Notes: generated by a model from the letters alone, not told the origin. A DNA stretch of 64,000 bases from an uncultured bacterium (GCA_963840885.1 CAWJAN010000001.1:115051-179050); one strand, 5' to 3'; counted from the stretch's first letter, positions 47,955 to 57,465 are shown. Made by a program: numbers and translations.

Positions 47955-48200
47955 ATGATAACGAATATAGAAATAGACAAAAAATCCAACGAGAGCAATG
48001 CAAGCATGCTCAGGCGCTTTACGAAAGCCGTGCAAGGCTCGGGAATCTTGCCAAGAGTAAGATCTATCAGATATTCAACTAGAAAACTCTCCCACTACAA
48101 ATTGAAGATGCAGAGGCTTTCCAAAATAGAGAAAAAAACAAAGATAGAAGAACTCATTAAGCTCGGCAAGATGGGCGAAAGGAATGAAAACCGCAGATAA
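47955..48200 (+). CDS. rpsU: Ribosomal protein bS21-like protein
   Basis: NESNASMLRRFTKAVQGSGIL..RSIRY resembles bS21; basic tail; upstream of ybeY. Confidence 0.65.
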   Translation: MITNIEIDKKSNESNASMLRRFTKAVQGSGILPRVRSIRYSTRKLSHYKLKMQRLSKIEKKTKIEELIKLGKMGERNENRR

Positions 48201-48205
48201 GTTCG

Positions 48206-48589
48206 ATGATAAATAATTTCTCCACAACAAATGAGACCAGAGGCAAGCTACCAAGCTTGCCTTTTGCCAAAATCAAAAATAAGATACTGGGAAAAGGCTA
48301 CGATCTTTGCCTTATCTTTACCAGCCCGCAAAAAATTCGGAGGCTTAATAAGGTTTATAGAAAAATAAATAAGCCGACGGATATACTCAGCTTCCCTGTT
48401 TCAAGGAAATCCGGGGAGGTTTTTATCTGCCTTTCCGAAGCAAGGAAAGAAGCGGTCAGATTTGAAAGGGGGTATGAAAATTTCATTGCATTTCTGTTCA
48501 TACACGGCTGCGTGCATCTTTTGGGATATGATCATGGAAGAAAAATGGAGAATCTGGAAAAAAAACGCAGAAAGGATTTCGGCGTCTGA
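48206..48589 (+). CDS. ybeY: rRNA maturation endoribonuclease YbeY
   Basis: LNKVYR..NKPTDILSF and HGCVHLLGYDH. Confidence 0.93.
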   Translation: MINNFSTTNETRGKLPSLPFAKIKNKILGKGYDLCLIFTSPQKIRRLNKVYRKINKPTDILSFPVSRKSGEVFICLSEARKEAVRFERGYENFIAFLFIHGCVHLLGYDHGRKMENLEKKRRKDFGV

Positions 48590-48673
48590 TATGCATATTT
48601 GTCCACACAGAGCTTTTCTCGCATTTAGAAAATAATTTTGCTAAAATAAGGCTAACTTAACCTTATTTTAAAA

Positions 48674-49858
48674 ATGTCCAGAAAAATTTCAGTCGGAATA
48701 GGAATAGGAACATACCAGATAAAAGTGGTTGTTACCGAGGATATAAAGACTGAGAACGGAGAATTCAGCCCCCAAATAATTGGTACCGGAATTGCGGAAT
48801 CCAAAGGACTCAGGCACGGCTACATAATAAACGTGAACGATGCGGTAAGATGCGTAAAGCATGCCGTGGCGCAAGCGGAAAAATCGTCGGGAATGAAAAT
48901 AAAGAGAGCTTATATCGCCGTAGGAGGAATAGGCCTATCTTCCATAGTCAGCAAAAGCACTGTTCCGGTAGCTAAAGCCGATTCTGAAATAAGCGAACTT
49001 GATGTAAAAAATGCCATAGCGACTGCTGAAAATGATCTTCCTAAAAGCGTTCTCAATAATAAAAGAATACTGAATGCAATACCTATCGGCTATAAAATAG
49101 ACAACGAGGCTGTAATGGGAAGGCCTGTAGGAATGCACGGCACGAAGCTCGAGGCAAAAGTCCTTTTTGTGCTTTGCATAGAACAGCATCTGAACGACTT
49201 GATATCGGCTGTTGAAACAGCCGGCATCGAAGTTGCAGACGTCGTAGCTTCTCCTATCGCCGCAAGCATAGTTAATCTTTCAAAAACACAGAAAATCGCC
49301 GGATGCGTTCTGGTAAATATCGGTGCCGAAACCGTTTCTCTTGTCGTATATGAAAACAATGTTCCCATTTCACTTGAAGTCTTCCCTATCGGCAGCGCAG
49401 ACATAACGAATGATATCGCTTTGGGATTCAGAATCCCAATAGATGAGGCAGAGAACATAAAAATCGGTTCTGAAAATGGCAGCAAGCAGGAAAAGAAAAA
49501 ACTGGATGAAATTATAGGAAGAAAACTTTCAGATATTTTCAACCTTGTAGAAGCTCATCTCAAGAAAATAGGCAGGAGCAATCTTCTGCCTGCCGGAATA
49601 GTCCTTACAGGAGGAGGCTCTCTTGTGGAATCTGTTGAAGAAATGGCAAAAACATCGCTAAAACTCCCGTCAAAGATAGCTTCGATTAACTTCGCGCCGA
49701 ATATAAAAAATTTTCAGCTCAAGGATCCTTCGTGGTCTGTAGCTTACGGCCTGTCGATTCTCGGGCTTGAAAGCGACGACAGCTCCATAATCACGATAAA
49801 AAGAGGCGATGGAATAGGAAAAACTGTCGGCGGATGGTTCAAAAAGCTTCTCCCTTAA
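48674..49858 (+). CDS. ftsA: Cell division protein FtsA
   Basis: Motifs SKGLRHGYI, VNIGAETV, ITNDIA and GIVLTGGGS; directly upstream of ftsZ. Confidence 0.93.
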   Translation: MSRKISVGIGIGTYQIKVVVTEDIKTENGEFSPQIIGTGIAESKGLRHGYIINVNDAVRCVKHAVAQAEKSSGMKIKRAYIAVGGIGLSSIVSKSTVPVAKADSEISELDVKNAIATAENDLPKSVLNNKRILNAIPIGYKIDNEAVMGRPVGMHGTKLEAKVLFVLCIEQHLNDLISAVETAGIEVADVVASPIAASIVNLSKTQKIAGCVLVNIGAETVSLVVYENNVPISLEVFPIGSADITNDIALGFRIPIDEAENIKIGSENGSKQEKKKLDEIIGRKLSDIFNLVEAHLKKIGRSNLLPAGIVLTGGGSLVESVEEMAKTSLKLPSKIASINFAPNIKNFQLKDPSWSVAYGLSILGLESDDSSIITIKRGDGIGKTVGGWFKKLLP

Positions 49859-50064
49859 ACTTTCCTTCCGCCGGTTTTCCGCAATTGTGCGAAAGACCGG
49901 CTTTTTCTTTCTTCAACACGAAAAAAAACTTAAGACAACATTTCCATTTTAGGCTGTTTTTTGATATTATATTGCTACAAATAAGTTGTTTAAATTATCA
50001 AGTTTATTAAATTTTGCTTAACGCTTAGGTTAGAAGACCGGAAGAGCTGAAAGCCGTTTTAAAA

Positions 50065-51252
50065 ATGCCACAAATAAAACCAGACGTAGAGACTTTTGCC
50101 AGAATTAAAGTTATCGGTATCGGCGGATCGGGAAAAAATGCCACAAATCACATGATCAATTCCAAAGTAAAAGGAGTTGAGTTCATTGTCGTAAATACCG
50201 ACGTGCAGGATCTCCACCATTCTCTTGCGCCAAAAAAGATTCATATAGGAAAAAATCTCACTCGAGGCCTCGGAACCGGAATGAACGCTGAGCTCGGTAA
50301 GCGCGCCGCTGAAGAGACTAAAGAAGAAATACAGGAGGCATTGAAGGGTGCGGATATGGTATTCATAGCCGGAGGAGAAGGAGGAGGGACATGCACTGGA
50401 GCTGCTCCGTTTGTGGCAAAAACCGCAAAAGAACTTGGCATACTTACGATAGCTGTGGTCACAAAGCCATTTTCTTTCGAAGGCGCCCAGAGAAGCAAGC
50501 TTGCTGAATTAGGAATAGACGAACTTCGAAAAAATGTCGACGCTATAATAGTGATACCTAACGACAGGATGATGGCGATGGTTGGTAAAGACGCTACCGT
50601 GAAATCAGCTTTTGCCATATGCGATGATGTCCTGAGGCAGGCTGTCGAAGGTATTTCTGACCTAATCACCACTCCTGGGACAATAAATATAGACTTTGCT
50701 GACATTAAAGCTGTCGTTGAAAATGCCGGCTCAGCGCTTATGGGAGTCGGCAAATCAACCGGAGAAAAGAGAGCAGAGGAAGCGGCAAAAATGGCCATCA
50801 ATTCCCCTCTTCTCGAAGTTTCGATTAATGGGGCGAAAGGAGTTCTCTTCTCCATCGCGGGCGGCGACGATCTGACGCTTTTTGAAATCCAGGAAGCGGC
50901 AAAAATAATAACGGAATCCATAGATCCGAATGCGAAAGTCATTTTCGGCACGATTCATACGGACAAGCTCAAAAAGGGAGAGATTCAGATTACCGTCATA
51001 GCTTCTGGATTCTCCGGCGAGTATGTAAACAAGAAAACTTTGTTCTATTCCGCTGCGCCAAAAGAAGAAAAGGAAAGCAAGATAGAAAAGCTTTTTTCAG
51101 CTTCCCCGGCAAGCATGCCAGAAATGAAAGAAACGAAAGAAACTAAAGCCGAGCCGCAAGCTCAGACTGAAAACAAGAAAACGGTAAAAATAGACAATGA
51201 AGACGATGACTGGGGCCCAGTTCCGTCATTTTTAAGGCGTTCAAAAAAATAA
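50065..51252 (+). CDS. ftsZ: Cell division protein FtsZ
   Basis: Tubulin signature GGEGGGTCTG, NIDFAD T7 loop, and C-terminal VPSFLRR. Confidence 0.98.
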   Translation: MPQIKPDVETFARIKVIGIGGSGKNATNHMINSKVKGVEFIVVNTDVQDLHHSLAPKKIHIGKNLTRGLGTGMNAELGKRAAEETKEEIQEALKGADMVFIAGGEGGGTCTGAAPFVAKTAKELGILTIAVVTKPFSFEGAQRSKLAELGIDELRKNVDAIIVIPNDRMMAMVGKDATVKSAFAICDDVLRQAVEGISDLITTPGTINIDFADIKAVVENAGSALMGVGKSTGEKRAEEAAKMAINSPLLEVSINGAKGVLFSIAGGDDLTLFEIQEAAKIITESIDPNAKVIFGTIHTDKLKKGEIQITVIASGFSGEYVNKKTLFYSAAPKEEKESKIEKLFSASPASMPEMKETKETKAEPQAQTENKKTVKIDNEDDDWGPVPSFLRRSKK

Positions 51253-51258
51253 AATAAT

Positions 51259-52179
51259 ATGACTTACGATTTAGCCATTATCGGCGCCGGACCCGCTGGA
51301 ATCGCAGCCGGAGTCTATGCTGCCAGAAAAAAACTCAAGACTGTTTTTATAACGAAAAACTTTGAAAATCAGAGCATTGTTTCAGATAATATACAAAATT
51401 GGATAGGAACTGTTTCCATTCCTGGAGCCGAGCTTGCAAAAAACCTGGAAAATCACCTGCGGGCTTACGCGAAAGATTCTGTTGACATAAAAACTGGAGA
51501 AACCGCAGAAGAAATAAGAAAGGACGCTGGAGCATTTAAAATAAAAACCGGCTCAAATGAATACGCCGCAAAAACCGTTCTTATAACGACCGGCAGCATG
51601 AGAAAAAAACTCACAGTGAAAGGGGCGGATGTGTTCGACAACAAAGGAATCACCTACTGCGCCACATGCGATGCGCCTTTTTTTGAAGACATGGATGTTG
51701 CCGTTATAGGAGGAGGAAATGCCGCATTTGAAACGGCGATGCAGCTCGTTGATATAGCAAAAAGCGTAACCATACTCCAAAGAAGCAAATTTAAAGCTGA
51801 TCCGGTAACGGCAGAAAAAGTCCTTTCAAATCCTAAAGTCAAAGGCTACGAAAATGCCGATCTTATGGAAATAAAGGGTGACAAATTCGTTACAGGGCTT
51901 GTTTACAAGAAAAAAGATACAGGAGAAACAGTTGAGCTTCCCATACAAGGTGTTTTCGCAGAAATCGGCTCCGTTCCTTCGGTAAATTTCCTTAAAAACG
52001 GAATCGTCAAGCTGAACGAATTCAGCCAGATAATCACCGATCCGAAAAACCAGCGCACTTCTGAGCCCGGCATCTGGGCTGCCGGCGACTGCACCGACGG
52101 GCTATATCATCAGAACAATATAGCCGCAGGAGATGCCGTAAAAGCACTCGAGGACGCTTACTACTATCTGAGAGGATAA
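51259..52179 (+). CDS. trxB: Thioredoxin reductase family protein
   Basis: Motifs GAGPAG, YCATCD, GGGNAA and WAAGD. Confidence 0.88.
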   Translation: MTYDLAIIGAGPAGIAAGVYAARKKLKTVFITKNFENQSIVSDNIQNWIGTVSIPGAELAKNLENHLRAYAKDSVDIKTGETAEEIRKDAGAFKIKTGSNEYAAKTVLITTGSMRKKLTVKGADVFDNKGITYCATCDAPFFEDMDVAVIGGGNAAFETAMQLVDIAKSVTILQRSKFKADPVTAEKVLSNPKVKGYENADLMEIKGDKFVTGLVYKKKDTGETVELPIQGVFAEIGSVPSVNFLKNGIVKLNEFSQIITDPKNQRTSEPGIWAAGDCTDGLYHQNNIAAGDAVKALEDAYYYLRG

Positions 52180-52211
52180 ATAAAAAGCCGACCGTAAAAA
52201 CCGGCCGGCTT

Positions 52212-52751
52212 TTAAAAATCTCTGATATTGCTTATGCGCTGTATCTGCACATCGCCTTTAAGGCTTTCCTGGCGCGGACCATATACAGCCTTACCAAAAA
52301 TCTTCTGTCCGCCAAGAACGATCGGAACCCAATACTTATCCGCAAGCATCATCCTATCAAAAGGCAGGTTGTCTATGAGGCATAAGTTTGGCTCCGACAT
52401 TTCGTCGCTTGGCACGATAGTGCCGGTCCATTTTTTTGTAACATAAACATGGACCTTGCAGACGAATGTGATTTTCTCTTCCGTGGTATTGCGGAAGAAC
52501 ATTACGGCGAATTTTTCCAGATCTTTTTCTTCGATATCGACTCCTCCGATATCTCCGTTTGATGTTTCCTGGAAGACTTCACGTATGGCTGCCTGCTTCG
52601 GCGTTTCACCCTCTTCGATTCCGCCGCCATATCCATTCAGCTTGCCGGCGCCGATTCCCTTATTCTTAACCGCAAGAGTCACATAGCGGCCAGAAACAAG
52701 AAAAATCAAAACGGCATCGCGCAGAATCTTTTCCTTTTCCCTTGTTTTCAT
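52212..52751 (-). CDS. NUDIX hydrolase (8-oxo-dGTPase-like)
   Basis: Nudix box GGGIEEGETPKQAAIREVFQE; AAGGAGGTGA ribosome-binding site before ATG 52751. Confidence 0.85.
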   Translation of the reverse strand: MKTREKEKILRDAVLIFLVSGRYVTLAVKNKGIGAGKLNGYGGGIEEGETPKQAAIREVFQETSNGDIGGVDIEEKDLEKFAVMFFRNTTEEKITFVCKVHVYVTKKWTGTIVPSDEMSEPNLCLIDNLPFDRMMLADKYWVPIVLGGQKIFGKAVYGPRQESLKGDVQIQRISNIRDF

Positions 52752-52863
52752 AGAGCTCACCTCCTTTCTTTTTAAATAAGCATCACTCCTGATTATTAGA
52801 CTATAACTTATTCGGCATTTGTAAAGCAAAATCAAAAAACGGCCTTCCGGCCGTTTTTTGATT

Positions 52864-53125
52864 TTACATCTGCGCTGTCTTGTTTCCGACAACCATATTG
52901 TAAATCCAAGCCACTATTGCAGCTCCGATTCCCCAGTCGAAGAATCCCCAGATGCCTCCGATGATTCCTCCGACAAATGTCGGGGCATATCCTATATAAA
53001 GCGGCGATAGCAAATTAACTATGCTGTTTCCCCAGCCATATGAAGCAAGCCATCCGAGAATCATTATCCAAAGACCGAATGATAGCCCCCCAAGCAAGAG
53101 CGAAAGCTTTTACGTTAAGTTTCAT
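52864..53125 (-). pseudogene. Small holin-like membrane protein interrupted by a +1 frameshift in a G6 tract
   Basis: MKLNVKAFALAWG from ATG 53125 joins the LSFGLW...GYAPTFVGGIIGGIWGFFD frame only if one G of the G6 run (53086-53091) is removed. Confidence 0.7.
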
Positions 53126-53237
53126 AAACAAAGTCAATTAAACTTATAATGAATCAACCGCATTAATTATACAAAGATGATTTTTTACGCACAAATAGCT
53201 ATTGTTAATAAAAAATCCGCCGGAGCGGATTATTTTG

Positions 53238-53310
53238 TGGGCGGTACAGGATTCGAACCTATGACCCTCTCTACGTCAAAGAGATGCTCTACCAACTGAG
53301 CTAACCGCCC
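53238..53310 (-). tRNA. tRNA-Val(GAC)
   Basis: GGGCGGTTAGCTCAGTTGGTAGAGC; anticodon arm TCTCT-TTGACGT-AGAGA; GTTCGAAT T-loop. Confidence 0.96.
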
Positions 53311-53429
53311 ATATTATTTTTCTTTTTAAATTTGCTTCGCGATATTATCTGCCAGAACAGCTAACCGCCCAAAATATAAAATTACCTAAAAGATACTAGC
53401 ATAAAAAATTCAAAAGACAATTTTTGAAT

Positions 53430-54176
53430 TTAAATCTCTATTTTGGAGAATGACCAGCTTCCCAGCACCAAAAATACCAGTGTAAATAAAGAGAGGACGA
53501 GTATATCAAGTCCCAGCCCGAAATGAGTTGCGCCATCCAGAAGAGTCCTGAAAGCGTCTATTCCATATGAAAGAGGGTCCAGCCTGGCAAGAATATCTAT
53601 GACTTTAGGAAGGCCGTCGAGCGGAAAGATGGCGCCTGAGAGAAAGAATAATGGCATTATCAAAAAGTTTGATATGAGCTGGAATCCCTGCATATCATCA
53701 AGGTGGGATGCTATGAGAGTTCCGAGACAATTGAAGAGAAGTGCCACGAGAAACATTATGAATATTGCCGGAATAAGCATCAGCCAATTCCCTGGCCTGA
53801 AGCCTACGAAAAGCGATAGGAAAAATACGACAAGGCCCTGAAGGGTCGAGGTCGTTGCCCCGCCCATGGTCCTTCCTATCATTATATTGAATCTTGAAAC
53901 GGGGGCGGCCAACGTTTCCTTAAGGAAACCGAATTGCTTATCCCATATTACCTCTATACCGGAAAAGAAAGATGAGAAAATTATTCCCATGCCGATGATT
54001 CCCGGGACAAGAAAGCTCAGGTAATTCCCTTCTCCGGCTTTTTGGAAAACTGGGCCGAGTCCAAATCCTAAAGCCACCATGAAAAGAAGCGGCTGCGCCA
54101 AAGAACCGAGCATCCTCGATTTTGACCTGAAATATCTTTTAACCTGCCTAAGCCATAAAATGTAAATCGCTCTCAT
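53430..54176 (-). CDS. ABC-2 type exporter permease
   Basis: FLVPGI, WDKQFGFLKETLAAPVSR and FLSGAIFP. Confidence 0.92.
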   Translation of the reverse strand: MRAIYILWLRQVKRYFRSKSRMLGSLAQPLLFMVALGFGLGPVFQKAGEGNYLSFLVPGIIGMGIIFSSFFSGIEVIWDKQFGFLKETLAAPVSRFNIMIGRTMGGATTSTLQGLVVFFLSLFVGFRPGNWLMLIPAIFIMFLVALLFNCLGTLIASHLDDMQGFQLISNFLIMPLFFLSGAIFPLDGLPKVIDILARLDPLSYGIDAFRTLLDGATHFGLGLDILVLSLFTLVFLVLGSWSFSKIEI

Positions 54177-54184
54177 ATTTTTTA

Positions 54185-54988
54185 TTATCGTTTATTCCCG
54201 CCTCCCCACATTCTCCTTCCCATCCTCATATGGTCGACTCCCTTCGCTTCCTCTTCCCTTATCACTTTTCCTGTAAGCGAAAGAAAAGCTTCTTCCAAGC
54301 TGTTTGTGCCGGTTTTTTGTTTTAATTCCGACGAAGAACCCATGGCGATGATTTTACCGTGGTCTATGACGGCTATCCTTTGCGCCACTTTGTCGGCTTC
54401 TTCCATATAATGAGTCGTAAAGAAAATCGTAGTTCCTTCCGTCCTATTGAGTTCTTTGAGGTATTCCCACATGTGATTTCTGGTCTGCGGATCAAGGCCG
54501 AGCGTAGGTTCATCCAGAAACATTACTTTTGGGTGATGCAAAAGCCCCCGTGCAATCTCCAATCTTCTTTTCATTCCTCCGGAAAAAGTTTTTACAAGAC
54601 TGTCCTTCCTGTCCCAAAGTTCCACAAAATTCATAAGCTTCTCTATTCTTTCTTTTATGGTCTTCCTATCCATGCCGTAAAGCACCCCGTGAAATTCCAT
54701 ATTTTCATATGCCGTAAGCTCATCATCAAGAGATGGATCCTGAAAAACTATTCCGAAAGAATGCCTTACGCCGTTTGGATCTTCCTGAACATTAAAACTG
54801 TTCAATGTTATGTGTCCGGATGTCGGAGAAAGCAATGTGGTGAGTATCTTTATAGTGGTGGATTTTCCGGCGCCATTCGGGCCCAAAAACGCAAATATCT
54901 CTCCTTTGGCTACGGAGAAAGAGATATTATCTACCGCGGTAAAATCTCCGAATTTCTTTGTTAGATTTTCAACTTTGATTATGCTCAT
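54185..54988 (-). CDS. ABC exporter ATP-binding protein (DrrA family)
   Basis: GPNGAGKST, FSGGMKRR and FLDEPT. Confidence 0.94.
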   Translation of the reverse strand: MSIIKVENLTKKFGDFTAVDNISFSVAKGEIFAFLGPNGAGKSTTIKILTTLLSPTSGHITLNSFNVQEDPNGVRHSFGIVFQDPSLDDELTAYENMEFHGVLYGMDRKTIKERIEKLMNFVELWDRKDSLVKTFSGGMKRRLEIARGLLHHPKVMFLDEPTLGLDPQTRNHMWEYLKELNRTEGTTIFFTTHYMEEADKVAQRIAVIDHGKIIAMGSSSELKQKTGTNSLEEAFLSLTGKVIREEEAKGVDHMRMGRRMWGGGNKR

Positions 54989-55037
54989 TATTGTTTAGTA
55001 CGTTCCATTCTTAAAACAGATGCTTATATCTTATCAT

Positions 55038-55200
55038 AAAAACTGCGGAGAGGGGGAGATTCGAAGCTTACAGCTTCAGTACCCTCATTGGATATTTTAC
55101 TTCATTGTATTCGTAAAATATACACAATGAGGTTTCGAATCTCGCACGGAAGCGCCCCGCGCTTCCTCCTCTCGAAGTTTTTACACTGCGTTTAAAAAAC
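55038..55200. repeat. Palindromic element with a 28-bp duplication of the tRNA-Ser 3' end
   Basis: AAAAACTGCGGAGAGGGGGAGATTCGAA occurs at 55038-55065 and 55195-55222; the interior has nested inverted repeats. Confidence 0.88.
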
Positions 55201-55202
55201 TG

Positions 55203-55289
55203 CGGAGAGGGGGAGATTCGAACTCCCGAGACCCTTTCGAGCCTACCGCTTTTCGAGAGCGGCGCTTTCAACCACTCAGCCACCTCTCC
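55203..55289 (-). tRNA. tRNA-Ser(CGA)
   Basis: GGAGAGGTGGCTGAGTGG; anticodon arm CCGCT-CTCGAAA-AGCGG; long variable arm; GTTCGAAT T-loop. Confidence 0.96.
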
Positions 55290-55365
55290 AGTGTTAAGTG
55301 AACCGAAAAACATTAGCATTTTTTTGCCTTTTTTACAAAAAGTTGTTATATTATCTCGGCTGTTT

Positions 55366-55440
55366 GGCCCTATCGTCTAACGGTTAGGACACGGCCTTTT
55401 CAAGGCTGTAATCGGGGTTCGATTCCCCGTAGGGTCACCA
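55366..55440 (+). tRNA. tRNA-Glu(TTC)
   Basis: GGCCCTATCGTCTAACGG; anticodon arm CGGCC-TTTTCAA-GGCTG; GTTCGATT T-loop; encoded CCA. Confidence 0.96.
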
Positions 55441-55473
55441 CTAGTATTTAAATACCAGTATTAAAATAAGACT

Positions 55474-56079
55474 ATGGATTTCAAAGTAAAATGTGAAAAT
55501 TGTGGAAAGATAACTCCACACACCCAAAGAGGTGAAGCTGTACAAAATGATGAGATAGATTGGGGGGAAGATGAACCAGCCCAAGAAATACATTGGAACA
55601 ATCTTTTATTACAATGCGACCTATGTGAAAGTGTTTCTTTGCACTATTTTTCTCCAGAAGTACGCGAGGAGTTAACTCAACAGTTTCCCATTATAAAAAA
55701 TTTAAATGGTGTACCTGCTAATGTGGCGAAATCTTATTCGGAAGCAAAAAAGGTAAAAAATATCTCGTCTTTAGCTTTTTCAACGTTAATAAGAAGAGCT
55801 TTAGAATCTGTATGTATAGACCAAAAGGCTGTAGGGAAAGATTTAAATAAAAAACTAGAAGATCTGGGTAAAAAAGGAATTATTCCTCAAACTCTATCAA
55901 AAATGTCTCATGCGATAAGATATTTTGGAAATATCGGCGCTCATGCTTCAGATATTGAAATTAGTGTTGAAGAAGTTCAAACCATGGATGATTTTTTTGT
56001 AGCAGTGCTAGAGTACGTATATATAGCTCCTCAGAAATTAAAAAGAGTAGAAGAACTTATGAAAAAGAAGAATAAATAG
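55474..56079 (+). CDS. DUF4145-like (HEPN superfamily) protein with N-terminal zinc ribbon
   Basis: CENC and CDLC; RRALESVC; HEPN-type RYFGNIGAH. Confidence 0.8.
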   Translation: MDFKVKCENCGKITPHTQRGEAVQNDEIDWGEDEPAQEIHWNNLLLQCDLCESVSLHYFSPEVREELTQQFPIIKNLNGVPANVAKSYSEAKKVKNISSLAFSTLIRRALESVCIDQKAVGKDLNKKLEDLGKKGIIPQTLSKMSHAIRYFGNIGAHASDIEISVEEVQTMDDFFVAVLEYVYIAPQKLKRVEELMKKKNK

Positions 56080-56106
56080 TTTTATAGATTACTTACAAAT
56101 ATTTTA

Positions 56107-56448
56107 ATGAGTAACAAAAATGAACAGATTACAGAAGATCAACATTATGTTCCCCAATTTTATCTAAGGCAGTGGCTGGATGAAACCGGCGGTTTCTATC
56201 CTGTAAAGATTGAAGAAAAACAACCTCCAAAATTAAAAATCTTTTCTGATAAATCAGATCAGAGTAGGTTTTGTTACGAAAACTTCTTCTATGCCCAACA
56301 CACAGGAGTTGAAGATGAAATAAGTCAAATTATTGAAAAGGAATTTGCAAAGATTGAAACAATATTTTCTCAAGAATTACCAGTTCTTGAGAAGAAGATT
56401 TTGAATTATGAGCATATTAACAATGGTGTTGTAGGAGATACCGGATAA
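56107..56448 (+). pseudogene. Truncated DUF4238-like protein
   Basis: QHYVPQFYLRQW and CYENFFY motifs; ends after about 105 aa where it meets an opposite-strand HTH fragment. Confidence 0.72.
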
Positions 56449-56529
56449 TCTGGATAGATCCTCTTGATACAGACCTTTCTCTTTCCTATACCTCCGTATT
56501 GCCTCACCTATATGGTTTTCATTGTTCAT
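56415..56529 (-). pseudogene. Frameshifted, truncated Xre-family HTH regulator
   Basis: MNNENHIGEAIRRYRKEK, then after a 1-nt shift GLYQEDLSRLSGISYNTIVN. Confidence 0.75.
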
Positions 56530-56631
56530 AGGATGAATTGTAGTTAGTTAATAAAAAAATGGTAAGACTGTGAAATGTATCCATTTGGACATGTTTTGTG
56601 GATAACTTTATTAGCTTTAAGAACAAATACT

Positions 56632-56871
56632 ATGATTAGTCTTGAACAATTGAGAGAAGTTGAGCCTGCATTAAAAGATATGTTTGATAAAGAGGTAGAG
56701 CGTATTCGGGATCTCCTCTATGCCCAAGCCAAGATGGCCCTTGAATGCTTCCTGGAAGAGAAAACTGGTACTAAACAAGAGGTGCATGTTCCTGATTTTA
56801 GTTTTGACTCAAGAGAACGGGATGCACTCAAACGCTGTCAGGAGATTATGGATCTGAAAAAGAAAAAATAG
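56632..56871 (+). CDS. Small helical hypothetical protein divergent from the Xre remnant
   Basis: MISLEQLREVEPALKDMFDKEVERIRDLLYAQAKMALECF; intact ORF. Confidence 0.6.
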   Translation: MISLEQLREVEPALKDMFDKEVERIRDLLYAQAKMALECFLEEKTGTKQEVHVPDFSFDSRERDALKRCQEIMDLKKKK

Positions 56872-56887
56872 TGCTGTTGAGCGGATT

Positions 56888-56915
56888 TTGACTTTATTTT
56901 CCTATCCTATACAAT
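56888..56915 (+). promoter_or_regulatory. Sigma70-type promoter of the candidate large ncRNA
   Basis: TTGACT-N16-TACAAT. Confidence 0.65.
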
Positions 56916-56921
56916 TGGATT

Positions 56922-57465
56922 AACACCACAATTTTTTTCCTCTGCATTTGGGCATAATGCAAACACTGTAGATTTAGGTGTTCGGGAAAAGTGGTGCTGG
57001 ACCTAGCCCAAGTGGAGCCAACCATAAAAAAGCTAGCCGACTAAGCGTGTAGTCTAGACTCTAAGCTTATAGGCGAAATAAAATAGGAGTCACTTACTGG
57101 TGCCAATGCAGTTAAAAGGGGCTAGCCTCGTTAGCGATTTGGGAGACGATTTCCGGCTTTCTCTGAGGCGAAAAAAACAGGAAACAGTATAGTCCGTTGC
57201 TTTAGCCTTTGTGCTCGTACAAACAAAGGTAGCGGGGTTTTAACCTTTGTGTACCCGACTAAACGACAAAGGGAAGGGATTTTCTCTCTCTTGTATCCAG
57301 CGAACCAAACAAGTGAGAAAAAAGTTTATCTCTTGTACTGAACAAGGATAGCCAAAGAAGCGGCTCACGGCTTTAGGGCGAAACAGACAGTGGCTTCGGT
57401 TATTGCGTATAAGCTGAGCGCAATACATGATGAGCAAAACCCAGTTCTCGAGAACTGGGTTTATT
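56922..57465 (+). ncRNA. Candidate large (~540 nt) structured non-coding RNA of unassigned class
   Basis: No + strand ORF over most of it. Bracketed by a promoter and a terminator. More than 10 stems, multiway junctions and a C(UUCG)G tetraloop. Confidence 0.68.

Noticed and set aside
48241-48262. Hairpin AGGCAAGCT/AGCTTGCCT inside ybeY as another coding insertion
   Set aside because: It is short, single-copy and unlike the other palindromes. The peptide looks like an ordinary N-terminus, so it may be chance.
56975-57200. Group I intron core (CGGGAAA, GACTA and TATAGTCC resemble the P, R and S elements)
   Set aside because: There is no interrupted host gene. These segments have better local partners, and no convincing P3/P4/P6 could be built by eye. 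An Rfam test is still worthwhile.
57330-57380. Group II intron domain V on the minus strand (AGCCGTGAGCC...)
   Set aside because: The distal complementary strand and domain VI are missing, and there is no reverse transcriptase nearby.
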